A stretch of 64,000 nt of DNA, taken from positions 130,877 to 194,876 of the forward strand of contig NW_015166423.1 in assembly GCF_001447785.1 (NCBI RefSeq), written 5' to 3'. Made by a program: the position numbers and the translations under genes. The notes below the pieces were generated by a model that saw only the letters and a program-made list of their open reading frames with translations, did not search any database and was not told where the DNA came from. This DNA is from Gekko japonicus (taxonomy: Eukaryota). Numbering within the stretch: position 1 is the first letter of the stretch; each line of letters opens with the position of its first letter. This document shows positions 1 to 13,559 of the stretch, in pieces.

Positions 1-520
1 AAGCGGCTGGGCCAAAGGCAAAAGGACACTCAGCTGTGGATGTGTCTGATGGTGAAAGGAAAGTCCAATGCTGCAAAGATCAATACTGCATAGGAACCTG
101 GAATGTAAAATCTATGCATCAAGGTAAGTTGGATGTGGTCAAAAATGAGATGGCAAGACTGAACATCAACATCTTGGGAATCAGTGAACTAAAGTGGATG
201 GGAATAGGCGAATTTAACTCAGAAGACCACTATATCTACTACTCTGGCCAAGAATCCCGTAGAAAAAATGATATGGCCTTTACCCTGAGCTGCCCTGAGC
301 CTGCATTGTGGGGAGGGCGGGGTACAAGTGGGATTCATAAATAATAAATAAAGAAAAAGAAATGCATGAAAGCAAAGTGGCTGTCTGATGAGGCTTTACA
401 ACTAGCTGAGAAAAGAAGGAAAGTGAAAGGCAAAGGCGAAAAGGAAAGATTTACCCAAATGAATGCCGATTTCCAGAGAACAGCAAGGAGAGATAAGGAG
501 GCCTTCCTGAATGAACAATG
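1..520 (+). mobile_element. BovB (RTE) LINE fragments: endonuclease N-terminus (1-282) and an internal piece (~351-520), separated by a short L2-type 3' tail (~283-352)
   Basis: ORF 36-344 CIGTWNVKSMHQGKLDVVKNEMARLNINILGISELKWMGIGEF is the RTE/BovB AP-endonuclease start; ~370-520 reads KAKWLSDEALQLAEKRRKVKGKGEKERFTQMNADFQRTARRDKEAFLNEQ. Confidence 0.9.
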
Positions 521-2780
521 ATTTACATGTTACAATAAAGTGCACAACCACAATACTACTACCAATATACAGCCTATCCTACCACAAATAAATTAACAGA
601 TGATTGCCAATGAAGCCAGGTATCGGCCAGTTAATAAATAAAGGCTGCTACTCACCCACCCCCTTCCCTCAATTCAAATAAGATTTTATGTTATTTCTTT
701 TAGTTTATTTTCGTTTATTTTATTTTATGTTATTTTATTTTTATTTTATTATTATTTTATTTTATTTCTTACTCACTAAATTTAGTCAATAAATACAATC
801 ACTGTATTATATACAAATTAATATAGGTGGCCTTAACAATTCAAATCCATCGCTTCCTTGAGTGCCCCAGGGAATTGCCCCTCAGAGAGGGACTTGTTGA
901 TAATCTCTCTTAGGGCACCTCGAAACCCTTCATGACCAGATTCAATAAGCCAGGAGGGGCACGGGTCAAGACTGCAAAAGGTTGGGCACACAGCTGCGAG
1001 TAAACTGTCAACTTTCTCCAGACTGAGAGGGCTGAAACGATCCAGGATCGAATACGAAAACATGGAATGGGCCTCAAGCTCACTCACTGTATCAAGTGTG
1101 CTGGGGAGGTCACGTTGGAGTGCCAATAATTCATCCCCGAAATAGCTCACAAAAGCCTCACAGTCAATGTCCAATTCCCTAGCATTTGGTTTGCCCTGTG
1201 GCAGAGCTGTTATTGACCGAATCATCCTAAATAATTGGGCTGGGCGAGAGCTAGCGGACATAATTGCCGCCGCGTAGAAAACTTTCTTTGCGGCTTTGGC
1301 TGCCATCTCAAGGGCTTTCATAAACATCCTATAAGATGTTCTTGTTGCTTCGTCTCGAGTTCGACGCCACCGTCTCTCTAGCCGTCTGAGCTCCCACTTC
1401 ATCAGCTGTAACTCCTGGGTATACCAAGGAGCCACCTCAGAGCCAGGGCATAGAGGGCGCTGTGGAGCGATTTCATTGATGGCAGCGGAAAGCCGGCTAT
1501 TCCAGTCCTCCACAAGCTCATCTAACGAGCCGCCAGGGGGCATTGGATCCCGTAGGGTCCATCTGGCTCTGCGGGTGAGCCAAAATACACTCACCACCAA
1601 AATACACTCACCACCAAAACAGGGTCGGGGTGGGACATTCAGGTGGGCTCCTAAGGCATGGTGGTCCGACCATGGGACTTCTGATCAAATTGAGCGTGTG
1701 CCCTGCCCGGTGAGTGGGGGTTGTTACATGTTGGGAGAGTCCCAGTGCCACCATGGACAACAACCAGATCCATTGCCTGAGTGGAGGTTGCGTCATCGGC
1801 ATGGACATTGAAATCACCCAGGACAATCAGTCTAGGGTGTTCCAGTGCCCAGCCTGCTACGGCCTCCATCAGGGATGGCAGGCTATTGGCCAGTGCGTTA
1901 GGTGGCCGATACACCAGCCAAATCGCCAAACTCTCCCCAGCTTCCCAGGCCAGTACAGTGAATGCCCGTGATCCTCAGAGGCGGAAGCGCCCTAAAGGAG
2001 TAAGCCTCCCGGATGAATAATGCCACTCCTCCCACCGGCCCCTAGTCCAAGATTTGTAAAGGACCGAGAACCCAGGGGGGGCAAGTTGGGAGAGAGCCAC
2101 TGTCTCCCCCTCCCTCACCCAGGTCTCAGTCATGCACGCCAGGTCCACATTCTGCTGTTGCAAGAAGTCCCTAAGGACCATGGTCTTATTATTTATGGAC
2201 CTGGCGTCACACAACACCAATGTCGGAGAGGGGTTATAATTCCTAGCCCCACTGCCAACATCCCTTGGGATGGGACGCAGGCTGGAAGAGGGTTGAGCTT
2301 TCCCATTTCTCTGCCCTCTTCGCATAAAACTCCAACTGCTCCCACCGCTATACTTTCCCCTCCCCAGGAGCACCAGAATTCCCTGGCCCACATCACTGCC
2401 CTCGGTGGCCTCCACAAGCTTCAGACCGCCGGCAGAGCAATAGAAGCGCTCAATATAGTGCTTGATTTAGATGGTACAATAAAGTGCACAACCACAGTAG
2501 TACTCCTACCAATATACAGCCTATCCTACCACAAATAAATTAACAGATGATTGCCAATGAAGCCAGGTATCGGCCAGTAAATAAATAAATAAAGGCCGCT
2601 ACTCACCCCCTTCCCTCAATTTAAATAAGATTTTATGTTATTTATTTTCGTTTATTTTATTTTAATATTATTTTATTATTATTTTATTTTATTTCTTACT
2701 CACTAAATTTAGTCAATAAAAGCAATCACTGTATTATATACAAATTAATATAAGTGGCCTTAACAACAATTCAAATTCCA
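519..2780. repeat. ~320-bp direct repeat (519-849 and 2463-2780) of the L2 spacer
   Basis: Both copies run ...acaataaagtgcacaaccaca...caattcaaat with high identity. Confidence 0.92.
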
Positions 2781-3887
2781 CAATAAGAGCACCTAACTTC
2801 ATAACTACCATCAATTAATTAATTAATTACTACGAACACCTAAATCAGATTAGATTAATTAATTAATTACTAATATTAACATCCATTTAGGTAGGGCTGA
2901 ATACTCCACCACTTTTAAGGTAGCAGCAGCAGATAGCAGCTGTCAGCTATTTCAATAGTCTCCGTTGCACTTGTACTAGTCCCAAGTTCTCCTTCCACGT
3001 GTTGGTATCCAGGAGTTGCTGCTAGAACATCAGAGCTTCAGGTCTTTCCAGTTGTTGCTTGCACATCAGAGCTTCAGGTCTTTCCAGCTCTGCTCTATAG
3101 GGAGAGGGAGAAAATCCACACCTCTCTTCACTGCTGTTCGCTGTTACAAGCAGGCCACTAGGGGGAGCTCCAATCCCTGATTTTTATGATCTTTCCCCGG
3201 TGCTGAACTCCGCTCCTGGCTCACCTGGGGACCCCCTGTCTGTCCAGTTCACACAATTCCACAAGAGAGTTCTTATTATTCCACAGGGGAACCTCGATCC
3301 AGCTCTGCCACGAGATCTCTGCCGTGGCTGCTGTCATACGGCTGCTTCTGGTATTACAGCTGCCTGGCACTTGCTGCCGTCTCGCCCGGCCCGGGCCTGT
3401 GGCCACTCGTTATATCCCAGCTTGGCTTGCTGGCTGCTCAGGGGAGTTCCAGGGAAGGGGGAGGACCTCCCACCGCAGTCCACAAGGTCGCCTCCACCGC
3501 CACTCTCATAAGTGCCGTCGCCGAGGGAGAATCTCCGCTACGGTCTCGGCCCCAGGATGGCTGCTGCGCTGCCATCAGAGCAGAGTCCACCGAGCCATCA
3601 TCTGCTCTGCCAGCACTGGCAGGGGCAGGTGCCCTATGCCAGACCAAGGAAGTGAGTGTTGGAGCTCTCGTTGGGGAGGCCGACTGGGAGCTCCGTATCA
3701 GGTTAAAACCACGCTGGGGGAGGTAGCACTTGAATAAACAGTTTCTCACCCCACATTCTGCTTCAGAAGCCGTGCACCCTTTAGTCATTATTTCAAGCCA
3801 GAGCCTCGGCCGCTGTCGTGTGCCGAGCCACTCCAACTTAATCAAATGCGGGAGCGCGAGCACATGCTCCCCGCACCGCTGCCGCCT
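849..3887 (-). mobile_element. L2-clade LINE, 5' part (5'UTR/ORF1 region, spacer, frameshifted endonuclease and pre-RT region), 3'-truncated
   Basis: Minus-strand peptides LCDARSINNK..DLACMTETW, IWLVYRPP, IVLGDFNVH, PTHRAGHTLNLI, CSLDPCPSWL, IINKSLSEGQFPGALKEA; CpG-rich 5' region to ~3887. Confidence 0.88.
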
Positions 3888-4695
3888 TAATTTTTAAGAC
3901 ATCTAGAAGTAACAAGAAGACATGTAAATGAACAAAAGCAACTTGTACCCTTTTAAAGATACAAATGAAATAAGAGGTTTTAGTACTAGGTGGCATTTTC
4001 CTTCTACTTGGCAGATCCTGTTTTCATTGTTTTTTTTAACATAGTAACATTTTATCCTTTGAACAAGCAAATTAAATGCTGCCTGATCATATAAGCCTTC
4101 CTATATGATGGCATAACTTTCACTATGCTGACAGTCAGTGGAAATCAGCCCTAGTGGGAACAGGAAGCTAGTTGTAAGGATAATGTGCATAATTATTTAA
4201 ATTATGAGTCTGAATAAACCTCCCTGTTGAGTCTGCATCAGAATGTGGTTGGGAAAGGATCTGGAAAAGTAATCTATCGAGAATGCACTTACTGAGTATG
4301 ACATGATATAGTGTTCTTTGAGGTGCTGCTTCTTTCCCAGATGGTTTTGTCTGAAGCTCCTGATTGAATGGGCCATTGTATCAGGAAACTTAGTAAGTCA
4401 ATTTGTCATACTGATATTCCTGTAAAATGCATGAAAACTGAGCCACCAGTCACAATGTTTCAGCAGTCCTATCTGATAAATCAGATTGATTATTGTTTTC
4501 CTAGTCTGCAGAGGCAGAATCTGATGTAGTAATGCTAGTGGATGATTTTACTATATGTAAGACATATTTTGGATAAATAAGTTATATAACCATTTAATCC
4601 AGACTTGTGTTCGGTGAGGCATGATTACTGAGATTGGGAAACAAACACTGAAAAAGACAACAGGCAGCATCCTGAAAGAAGTTCCTCCAGCCTAA

Positions 4696-4785
4696 CAGTG
4701 CAATCCTAAACAAAGTTATACCCTTCTCGGTCCATTGAAGTCAAAGGGCTTCAAAGGGTATGCCTTTGCTTAGGATGGCATGACA
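4696..4785. mobile_element. ~85-bp degenerate hairpin mini-MITE (Harbinger/Chompy-like); relatives at ~19790-19858, ~28972-29062, ~49587-49660, ~60683-60772
   Basis: Imperfect terminal inverted repeats cagtgcaatcctaa...ttaggatggcatg with a shared ccattga-type core. Confidence 0.55.
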
Positions 4786-5399
4786 AGGAGCATCCTTGCA
4801 ATTTAAATGGCTGTTTAGACCAGAGGAATTCTGTAAACTGTTTACTGGAATGGTAGGCTACATGCCTAGCTATTGGAAATTTATTTGGATTACAAAAACT
4901 TTTAAATATGTTTTCAAAATTGAAATGTTGTTATTCAAAGACATTTAGTGCCATGCGGAAACACTTTTTCTTAAGGGCTTAGAAAACTGCTGGAAATAGT
5001 CAGAAAGGTACTGACTGTTTTCCTTTATGGTGTAACTTGGGGAAAGTGTACAAACTCTGGAATTTAATTAGAAAAGAACTAGGGAATTTGTGGATTATTT
5101 TATTTCGAAGGTCCAGTATTACTTTTGAAAATGTTCACTTTCCTGCAGGGATCTTTCATATATATATATATATATATATAGCTATTATTCTAAAAACTAC
5201 AGAGAAATCAAAGGAAGGGGTAACTAATATTTACAGGAGAAAGGAAAAAAAAACTACTACTAAGAACCCAAGTAGCAGTGGTCTAACAATTTTAACAATG
5301 CTTACAGTAATATTTCACTTAGAACACCTTTGTTACAATGAATAGTAAGGCTTATAAATTTATCAGATGATACTACATCATGGTTTTAACTAGAGTAAG

Positions 5400-6610
5400 A
5401 GTGGCCAAGTAATCCAACCATTTTAATTAGGTTTAAGTCAAAGATATATGTCTTAAAATTTATCATTTTTGTTTCTAAAGTCTTCTTCTCTATTGATTCT
5501 CGGAGTTTAGGAGTCCTAAAACAGTTCCTTCTTTAAGTGGTGTAGAAATATCACTTCCATGATTTCCCATCTCATATTCCTCTCCTGCTGTTCCATCTTC
5601 TTCTATTATAGTCCAGACCATCTACAAAGTGTCGGTTGTTTCTACAAAAACAAAGTCAATTTTTGTATATTATCCTCTTTATAAAATGTCTTTTAGTAGG
5701 TCTTAAAAGGATTTCACTGGGCAGAATAATCTTAATATATTGTACATACATTCCTTAGAGCATATCTAACTTGCTTGTATAAGATCTGCTTTAAATCTGT
5801 TACCGGTTCCATAGCCTTGCTCGATACTGTTTCCAAATTTTTCCCATCGTTCTTGGAGTTTTTCTCTGTCTTGCTGATAGCTTCTTTTAGATGATTTTGT
5901 AATATCTCCAAATTAAAATTTAATGAAGTCAGATGGTCCAGCAGAGGGCATAGTCGAGCTGTTAACATGGTTGGGATGTCTGTATTTGCTTCCGGTCTCG
6001 TGACCGTAGCAGCAAAATTAGCATTTCCTGAAGAAGGTTTTCATTTCAGTGCCATTTTTTTCTCCCATCGCCCTTTTGTTTACTTTTAGTGAAAAGTTCC
6101 AAAAGTCTCTATGACTTATAAAAATGGTTGGGTTTTCCTAGGTCACACTCTACCCCAGTTAATTAGGGCTTAGCTTTTAGTCCCCTCCTTTCGCTGTTAG
6201 TATAAAGAGCCTATCTTTATGTCGGGGTGGATTTCTCCCCCCCCTCGCTTCACATGAGGGGGACGTAAATGTTTTAACTGCTCAGAACTAACAGTTCATC
6301 AGAAGTCTTCCGCCAGGTAAGTGAAATCGCTTGACCATCTGCTCGCTTGTCCCGGTGTGCAAGTCTAGCACCATTGCTGGTCTATGACGGTGGGACCTTC
6401 GGAGCAAAGGGGAGCCTCGATTCCTCGGCTGTTTGCCTTGGAAGAGGCACCCCTCGTGCTCCATGGCTAGGAGCCCCCTGTGAGGGCCCCGGGGGGTCCG
6501 GAATCATCCAGGACCTTCCCTATTACCATATCATGGGATGTGTCTCTCGGAGCTCCGAAGAGACGTGCCCGCCATTCGATTTGCCAAGACCAAAAGCCCT
6601 GCAGGGATCT
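5400..6610 (-). mobile_element. Decayed L1 5' portion (5'UTR and ORF1)
   Basis: Minus strand near 5530-5420 reads RRNCFRTPKLRESIEKKTLETKMINFK, resembling the L1 ORF1 RRNNLRI motif; preceded by a coiled-coil-like ORF 5732-5968 and a GC-richer leader. Confidence 0.65.
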
Positions 6611-6617
6611 TTCTGTA

Positions 6618-6832
6618 AGGGTTACCAGCTCCAGATTGGGAAACACCTGAAGATTTCGGGGGTTGAGCCTCAGGTGGGTGGGGTATGGGGAGAAGAGGGA
6701 CATCAGTGGGTATAATGCCATAGAGTCCATCCTCCTATGTAGCCATTTTCTCCTGGTGAATTAATCTCTGTCACCTAGAGATCACTTGTAATCCTGAGAT
6801 CTCCAGCCACCACCTGGAGGTTGGCAACCCTT
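6618..6832. mobile_element. Non-autonomous hAT MITE (TAGGGTTGCCA family)
   Basis: TIRs agggttacca / tggcaaccct; flanking 8-mer tttctgta on both sides. Confidence 0.85.
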
Positions 6833-7284
6833 TTTCTGTAACTCCCATGAAGCCTTTCCTGACTAGAAAGTGGCAGGCTAATGACATTCCTTCTGAGGCT
6901 CAATGATTCACTAGGGACAACCAATGAAAGATGAGTGAGTTAGATAACTGTAAGTCAGAGGTAACTGTCAGTAACTGACAGTTTTATTTTAAAAATTGTT
7001 ATGGTTATATCGCTTTCTGTCTCACTCTCTATGAATTTTTAAAATCATTTTTATTTGATTATTGTTGGATGTAATGCTAGAAACAGGCATTCTTAATTTG
7101 AGAGAGTCTCTAAAGATGTGGCTATTTAATTTGATTGAACTTAGGCATGAATTTGCTCTGCTGTGAACAGGTAAGGGTTAAAACATGCTTTACTAGTTCA
7201 TGATTATCATTTTTACTATAAAGGAATGGAGCATCTGGTTCATGGGCATAAGATGGTGGTGATTATAGTTTAGTTATTTTGTTT

Positions 7285-7510
7285 TATTTATTTAATTCAT
7301 TTGTACTTCACCTTGCTCTCCAATGGGGACCCAAAGTGACTTACATTATTCTGCTAGCATCCATTTTATCCTCACAACAACCCTGTGAGGTAGGTTAGGC
7401 TCAGAGAGTATGACTGACTCAAAATCACCCAGCAAGCTTCCATGGCATGAGTGGGGAATTCAAATCTGGGTCTTCCAGATACTAGTATTAACCACTACAT
7501 TGCATTGGCT
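7285..7510 (-). mobile_element. Old tRNA-derived MIR/Squam3-like SINE; similar copy at ~42300-42530 (-)
   Basis: cattttatcctcacaacaaccctgtgaggtaggttaggct core and reverse tRNA head (taaccactaca...tggct). Confidence 0.8.
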
Positions 7511-9736
7511 GTTTCCATTTTATAAGAGCATAAAAACATGCTGACACATCAACATTTGTGCTGGAGACTGAAACAATTTCCTTATAAATATAAAAACCTA
7601 TTGAACTGTCCCATGTGACCTTGAACTATAGATCTGGGTTTTTTTTGGCCATACATAATGGTCCTCAAACCTATGTTTCTGTACACCTGGCTCTTGGTGG
7701 GGGGCTGATTTTCCAACAGTAAATCCTGATGTGTTTCCCAAACTGCTTTTTATGTTTGAGAGAGGCATTAAAGGAAGTGTGGAGGTGCAACTCTGGGAGT
7801 TTTATTGGAGCAAATATCTGAAAATGTGGCATTAGATGTCCTTGGACCAGTCATACTTTCTCTGCTTAACTAGTGTATGAGGCTGTTTTGAACTTATAAG
7901 AAGGGGAGAACTACTCCTAGACTTCTTGGAGAAGCAACATGATGAAAATTTGAAAGGTAGAGAATTTTGTTGGTGTGCACCCTTGGCTCTGGTCACAATC
8001 ATGGTGTGTCCGAATAGTTTACTCCCCTCTGGGCATACAAAGATCCTCTCTGTAAAAACACACAACCTTCCTCTTTAAGTCTGACCAAGTCTTGGGAAAA
8101 GAAAATATTTTATTGGTATTCTCCTGAGAGAAACAACTATTGTGGAATTGCTGCAACATAAAGAAGGGAAGCAGACACAGCTAGTGTCCATGTTTTCAAT
8201 GTGTCCGGGTAGGGTAGCATCTGGTGAAGATAAGAGAGAAATGTGGAGTCTTTTGCTTAGGTGGCAGCTTTCACCTTCAAAGAGATAATATAGTGTTTGT
8301 CTTACAGCAGTTGACCCTGATATAGAAATCTACCATGTTGCTTCTGTTTCCTAATTATCTTTTCCCAGTTTGGTCTAGACAAATATGCAGGTCTTTGATG
8401 GAATGCCAAACAGACAGCTAAATAAAATGAATGGAAATGTTTTCTTGCTGCTGATAAAAATTCCTGTCTTTTTTCCCAATTCCAGTTTTGTATTGCTACA
8501 TTCATTGGGTTTCTTGCTTCCAGTACAATTCCTGCAAAAAAAAAGCTGCCTTCTTAATTACTTCTTCAGTCCAATGTGTACTCAGTTTAGTGGGAATTAT
8601 ACCCCAATAAGAGCTTGTATGTTGCTATGAATAATATGTTGAGCAAGAAAATCTCACATGGTTGTTATTACAAAAAAAAGAAAAGATGCAAAATAATGCC
8701 ACCCTGAGATCCTTGGAGGACGGACAGGATAATAATGTGATCAGTGAATGGTTAGTACATGTGCCTAGGTTAGCAGCCCTCCACCCTGCTTGAACTTTCC
8801 TTATACCTCTGTCACATTTTTTGCTGAATCGCCATTCCATATTAAGAATGACAGCTATAATACAGCTTGGTTTGCTTGTCTGTTCTTTAGCTTTTAGGTA
8901 TTCAGTGTGGTTACTTTTTCCTGGTATACAAGGTATTTTCCCAATCAACTATATATGTGTGTAAGACTGAACAGGCATCAGCAATGTTCCATTGCAATAT
9001 TTGCTATAGAGACATTTAATTTCTGCCTGCAAAGGGAGAGCTTTCAGCTACTATATCTAATGACTTCTCTGTATCCTTTTAACTAATTAATGGAATCTCT
9101 GGTCTTTATTTTTTTAAAAAAAGATAAACATATAGTAAAATCCATTAAAACTAATAGTAGTGGATGTTGGCTATTGACTGTGAATGGGAGAAGAACATAT
9201 AAGCAGGATGAACAGATAAGGTGCATTAGTAAATGTGCTTCTAAGGAACACGGAATTAATGGTGACCAGAGATCTCAGAGGAGAGTGCTGTTAATGGAAG
9301 CTTATAGTAGTAACTGTGGATTAAAGAGGGCTGCAAACTGGTTACTGAGGGCAAGTTCATATTTCACATTGCCAAGTGTATTTCTGCATGTCCATCCGTG
9401 TTTTTCTGTGAATACATGGAAAAATCTGAAAGTATGGACACTGGCTGTAGGTCCCTCCAGATATATCTACTGACCATTTGCAGACATTTTATGGTGTTTG
9501 TTGATACAAACACTGGTGTGGATCTAGCCAGCTTTTTTGCTGATATAAAGGGGAAGAAGGGACCCCTTTGACCACCAAAAAGTGTTATTCTTGGTCTCAT
9601 GGGACCTGCATGGACAAAAGCCATGTGAGACGGGCTGGAGAAAGAAGAGGAGGAAGAGGAGTTGGGAGATATTAAGTGGGAAAGCGGATGGACCTACCCC
9701 ACTGTATACATAGAAAAATGCATAAAGTATTGTCCT

Positions 9737-10701
9737 TTGTTGTTGTTGTTCAGTCACACAGTCGAGTCCGACTCTTCGCGACCCCATGGATCATCTCCCG
9801 CCAGGCCCTCCTGTCTTCCGCCATCCTCTGAAGTTGGCTCAACTTCATGTTCACTGCATCGATGACACTGTCTAACCATCTCATCCTTTGCCATCCCTGT
9901 CTTCTTTGACCTTCAATCTTTCCCAGCATCAGGGTCTTCTCCAGTGAGTGCTCCCTTCTCATTTGGTGGCCAAAGTATTTGAGCTTCAGTTTCATTATCT
10001 GGCCTTCCAGGGAACAGTCAGGGTTGATTTCTTTGAGGATTGACTGATTTGTTCTTCTTGCAGTCCAAGGGACTCTCAAGAGTCTCCTCCAGCACCATAG
10101 TTCAAAAGAATCTATTCTTCGGCGCTCGGCCTTCCTTATAGTCCAACTCTCACAGCCATACATGACTACTGGGAATACCATTGCTTTGACCATGCGGACT
10201 TTTGTTGGCAGGGTGATGTCTCTACTTTTTATCATGCTGTTTAGGTTCGCCATCACTTTCCTCCCAAGGAAATCTTTTAATTTCATGGCTGCTGTCACAG
10301 TCTGCGGTGATCTGGGATCCCAGGAACGTGAAGTCTGTCACTACTTCCACGACTTCCCCTTCTATTTGCCAAGGAGTGATGGGGCCGGATGCCATGATCT
10401 TAGTTTTTTTGATGTTGAGCTTCAAGCCCACTTTTGCGCTCTCCTCTTTTACCCTGAGCAAGAGGCTCTTGAGGTCCTCTTCACTTTCTGCCATCAGAGT
10501 GGTATCGTCTGCATATCTGAGGTTGTTGATCTTTTCCCCAGCAATCTTAATTCCCGCTTGTGATTCATCCAGGCCAGCATTTCGCATGATGTACTCTGCA
10601 TATATATTAAATAAGCAAGGCGACAATATACATCCTTGTCGTACTCCTTTTCCTATGCTGAACCAATCAGTTGTTCCATATCCGGTTCTAACTGTCGCTT
10701 C
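9737..10701 (-). mobile_element. BovB (RTE) LINE 3' fragment: RT C-terminus and (CAA)n tail
   Basis: INNLRYADDTTLMAESEEDLK; RDITLPTKVRMVKAMVFPVVMYGCESWT; HGVAKSRTRL followed by the caacaacaa tail. Confidence 0.97.
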
Positions 10702-11899
10702 TCTCTCGTTCCTCTACCTCTTCTAAACCCAGCTTGTACTTCTGTACTTGTCCTTAACCAGTTTTTAATGTTTGTGCGAATTTGCCTTCCTCCCTTTGTG
10801 TCACACTAACAAAAGGGAAACGTGCAGTTTTAGTCCTTCTGGGAGTTTAACGTTGGAGTCAGTCAGCTGCAGATGGAATGGGGATGAGAAACTGGAAGGG
10901 CCATATCAATCACTTGATCTGGAGCTCTAGCTAGGCAGGGTGCCCCACAGATCAGATTCAATCTTTAAGGATGTATAGCAAGAAGGGATAAACCTCCTCT
11001 GAAGAGGGACCCATGCAGCTGCTATTTCAAATCTTTAAAAAACTCCAGAAAAGTACATTCATGAATGAGTCAGTATCTTCCCTAATTTGGACCTGTCCTG
11101 AAAGATATTGAGGCTGTCCATGGTTATAGTGATGAGAAGGCTTGCTGAATACTCTTTCCCCCTTTTTTATGGTCCAGTGTAATTCACTGACTAGGGTATA
11201 ATATCTTGGTTCCCAATGCATGCTCAACCAGGAAGATGAGTGGATGAGCATGGGCAAGTCACTGTTACTTTTATTTACCTCAGCACATGATTATTAAAGT
11301 ATATGCAAAATGAAGTTAGTATTTCACTTATTTCACAATTGAGACCTGGTTATGAAGTTGCAGTTCACAAGTTCAGAAATTGGCATATGGTGTTCAGTAT
11401 CTAGAGATGGTGAATTAAACACAAAACGAAGCTACAAATCTTATACAACATTTTGCCAATGAACACGTGAAGCTGCCTTATACTGAATCAGACCAGGTCT
11501 AGCAAGTACTGACATCAGCTCTCCAGGGTCTCAGGATGAGATTTTCCTCATCTCCCAATACTTGACTGGAGATGTATTCCTCATATAAACATAGTTCTCC
11601 ACATCTTGAAAGTGACCATCAGGAGAGGATGTAGGTGGCAAGAGAAACTCATTCATAAAGCAGGGAGGGAAGAAGATGCCAACTGAATTGTCCCTCAACC
11701 TTTCCTTCTTTAAGCTACAGAGAAGGGCAGTGTCTTGTTGAAAGCTCAAGAGTTAATGCCCTTTTAATGGGGCTCATGTTTATCTTTTCATTCCCTATAA
11801 ACAACAGAAGCAGAACAAATTACATGGAAATGGGAGCATGGATCAGCATGTCCAAATAGCCACATCTAGGAAGGAGGACAATTTTCTAATAAGAAGTAA

Positions 11900-12800
11900 T
11901 GAAAGTTGTGCTCTTAGTGACAGAATGTAGTTGTTTCTCAAAGAGAAGCATGGATCCAAGAGCACCCCAAGGCTCATTACTCTGCTCAGACAGAAATAAC
12001 TGTACCCTAAACTAAAAACTGGGAGATTAGTCCCTACAGAACATCAGGTCTACTAGGCAGCAGCATCTCCATCTTGTCTGATTAAATTTCTGCTTTTTTC
12101 TTCCCCATCCAGAAATGAAGAGACTTATATTTGTGGGCCTTAATTAAACAAATATAGGGTGGGGTGTCAACAGTGTATTGATAGCTCCCAACGGGTTCCA
12201 GATGATCTCCATGGCCTAATACAGATTCTAAACAACATGGGGGAAACTATGGAGCTCTAAGGGTCCCTCCAGTTCAGAGGACAGGCATTCATTCATCATA
12301 ACTGATGGGAACTCTGTGTCCTACTGGACAGAAAATGACGAAACCCCAAGAGTGCTCAGTCTTTAACCCCTTCCTAATTTTCCAGCCAAATGTAATATAA
12401 TAGCATAATCTATGGTGCTATGTTACCTAGTGTCAAAAGCAGCCAGAAGTCTAACAAAATCAGTAAGGAAGATATATCCTTATCCAACTGTCCACAGAGA
12501 TCATCCATCCATGCAACTAAAGCCACCTGTATCTCAAAACCAGTCCTGAAGTTGAAATGAGTCTATTTGAAGCAGAGTTTTTTTAAGCCCTTAAAGTGGG
12601 GGAAGCATTCCTTGTTAAAACAGACATGTGAAAACTAAGAGTCTCTTTGTCTATTCTAAAGCAACTCATTAACCTCTCAACCACAGGACTGTATTGAGAT
12701 GGTTATTCCCTCCTATAACCATCTCTACAAGATCTCTGACTGAAAAGAAGTCAGATTTATTTATTCCAGGTGTCAAGTATGTATTCCAGCCAAAGATCGC
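11900..12800 (-). mobile_element. Ancient, heavily decayed L2 RT fragment
   Basis: Minus-strand remnants LLILLDF..AFDT, YQYTVDT (YADDT-like) and SLGVLLDPC. Confidence 0.55.
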
Positions 12801-13559
12801 TCGTGTTATCTTTTAATTTTTTTACTTAAAATCAGTCTGATCACTCTTTAAGTAATTAAATATGAAATCTTTACCATGATACAGAAAACACTTGTATATG
12901 TCAATGAAATCAGCATACATCTCTCTTATCTACCTTAAATTAAAAAGATAAAATAGAATTCCTAAGATTCTCACCAAAATGCTTTAAGAAAGATTAGACA
13001 ATCTCACCCAACCTGAGAGATTCAGGGGTGTTTTGGGTGTGGCTACCTTATATAGGCCTAATTACATGAAACTCACATGACTCTATAAAAAACTTGTAAT
13101 TTGTTCCCTTGGAAGGCGGGATCACGCCACTGAGCTCAGAATGAATTTCCCATTGAAATAGTTGTGGCAAACCTGTGATCTGTTTGTTCTTCATATTGCA
13201 AGATTTAGTTTTGGGCATAAAGCCATTAATTCATACATTATCTTTCTCGAGGAACAGAACAAACACTGCTGAAACATATCAAAAACCCAATTTACAATAT
13301 TATTTTTACTCAAAATACAAACATGCTTAAAACATTAACACTCTTACAGTATTTCCTTAAAGCATCTCCCTAATGCCCACTCTCTCACTTCTACCAGCCA
13401 TTACTCTTTAGCACTGGGACAGTATGCAGGGACAAAATGCACAGCCTCTGTCATCTGGCACTAAAGGTAATAAACAGTTGCTTGGGCCAGATAAGAGCCC
13501 TGGATGGACCGACTCCTTTCCACATATGTTTGACACCCCTGCACTGCACCTTTCCTGGT

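Noticed and set aside
519-2780. Direct repeats read as LTRs of an LTR element
   Set aside because: No PBS, PPT or TSD, and the interior is L2 endonuclease sequence.
3200-3737. Overlapping plus-strand ORFs (similar ones at 16915-17239 and 43371-43802)
   Set aside because: Stop-poor frames in GC-rich transposon sequence.
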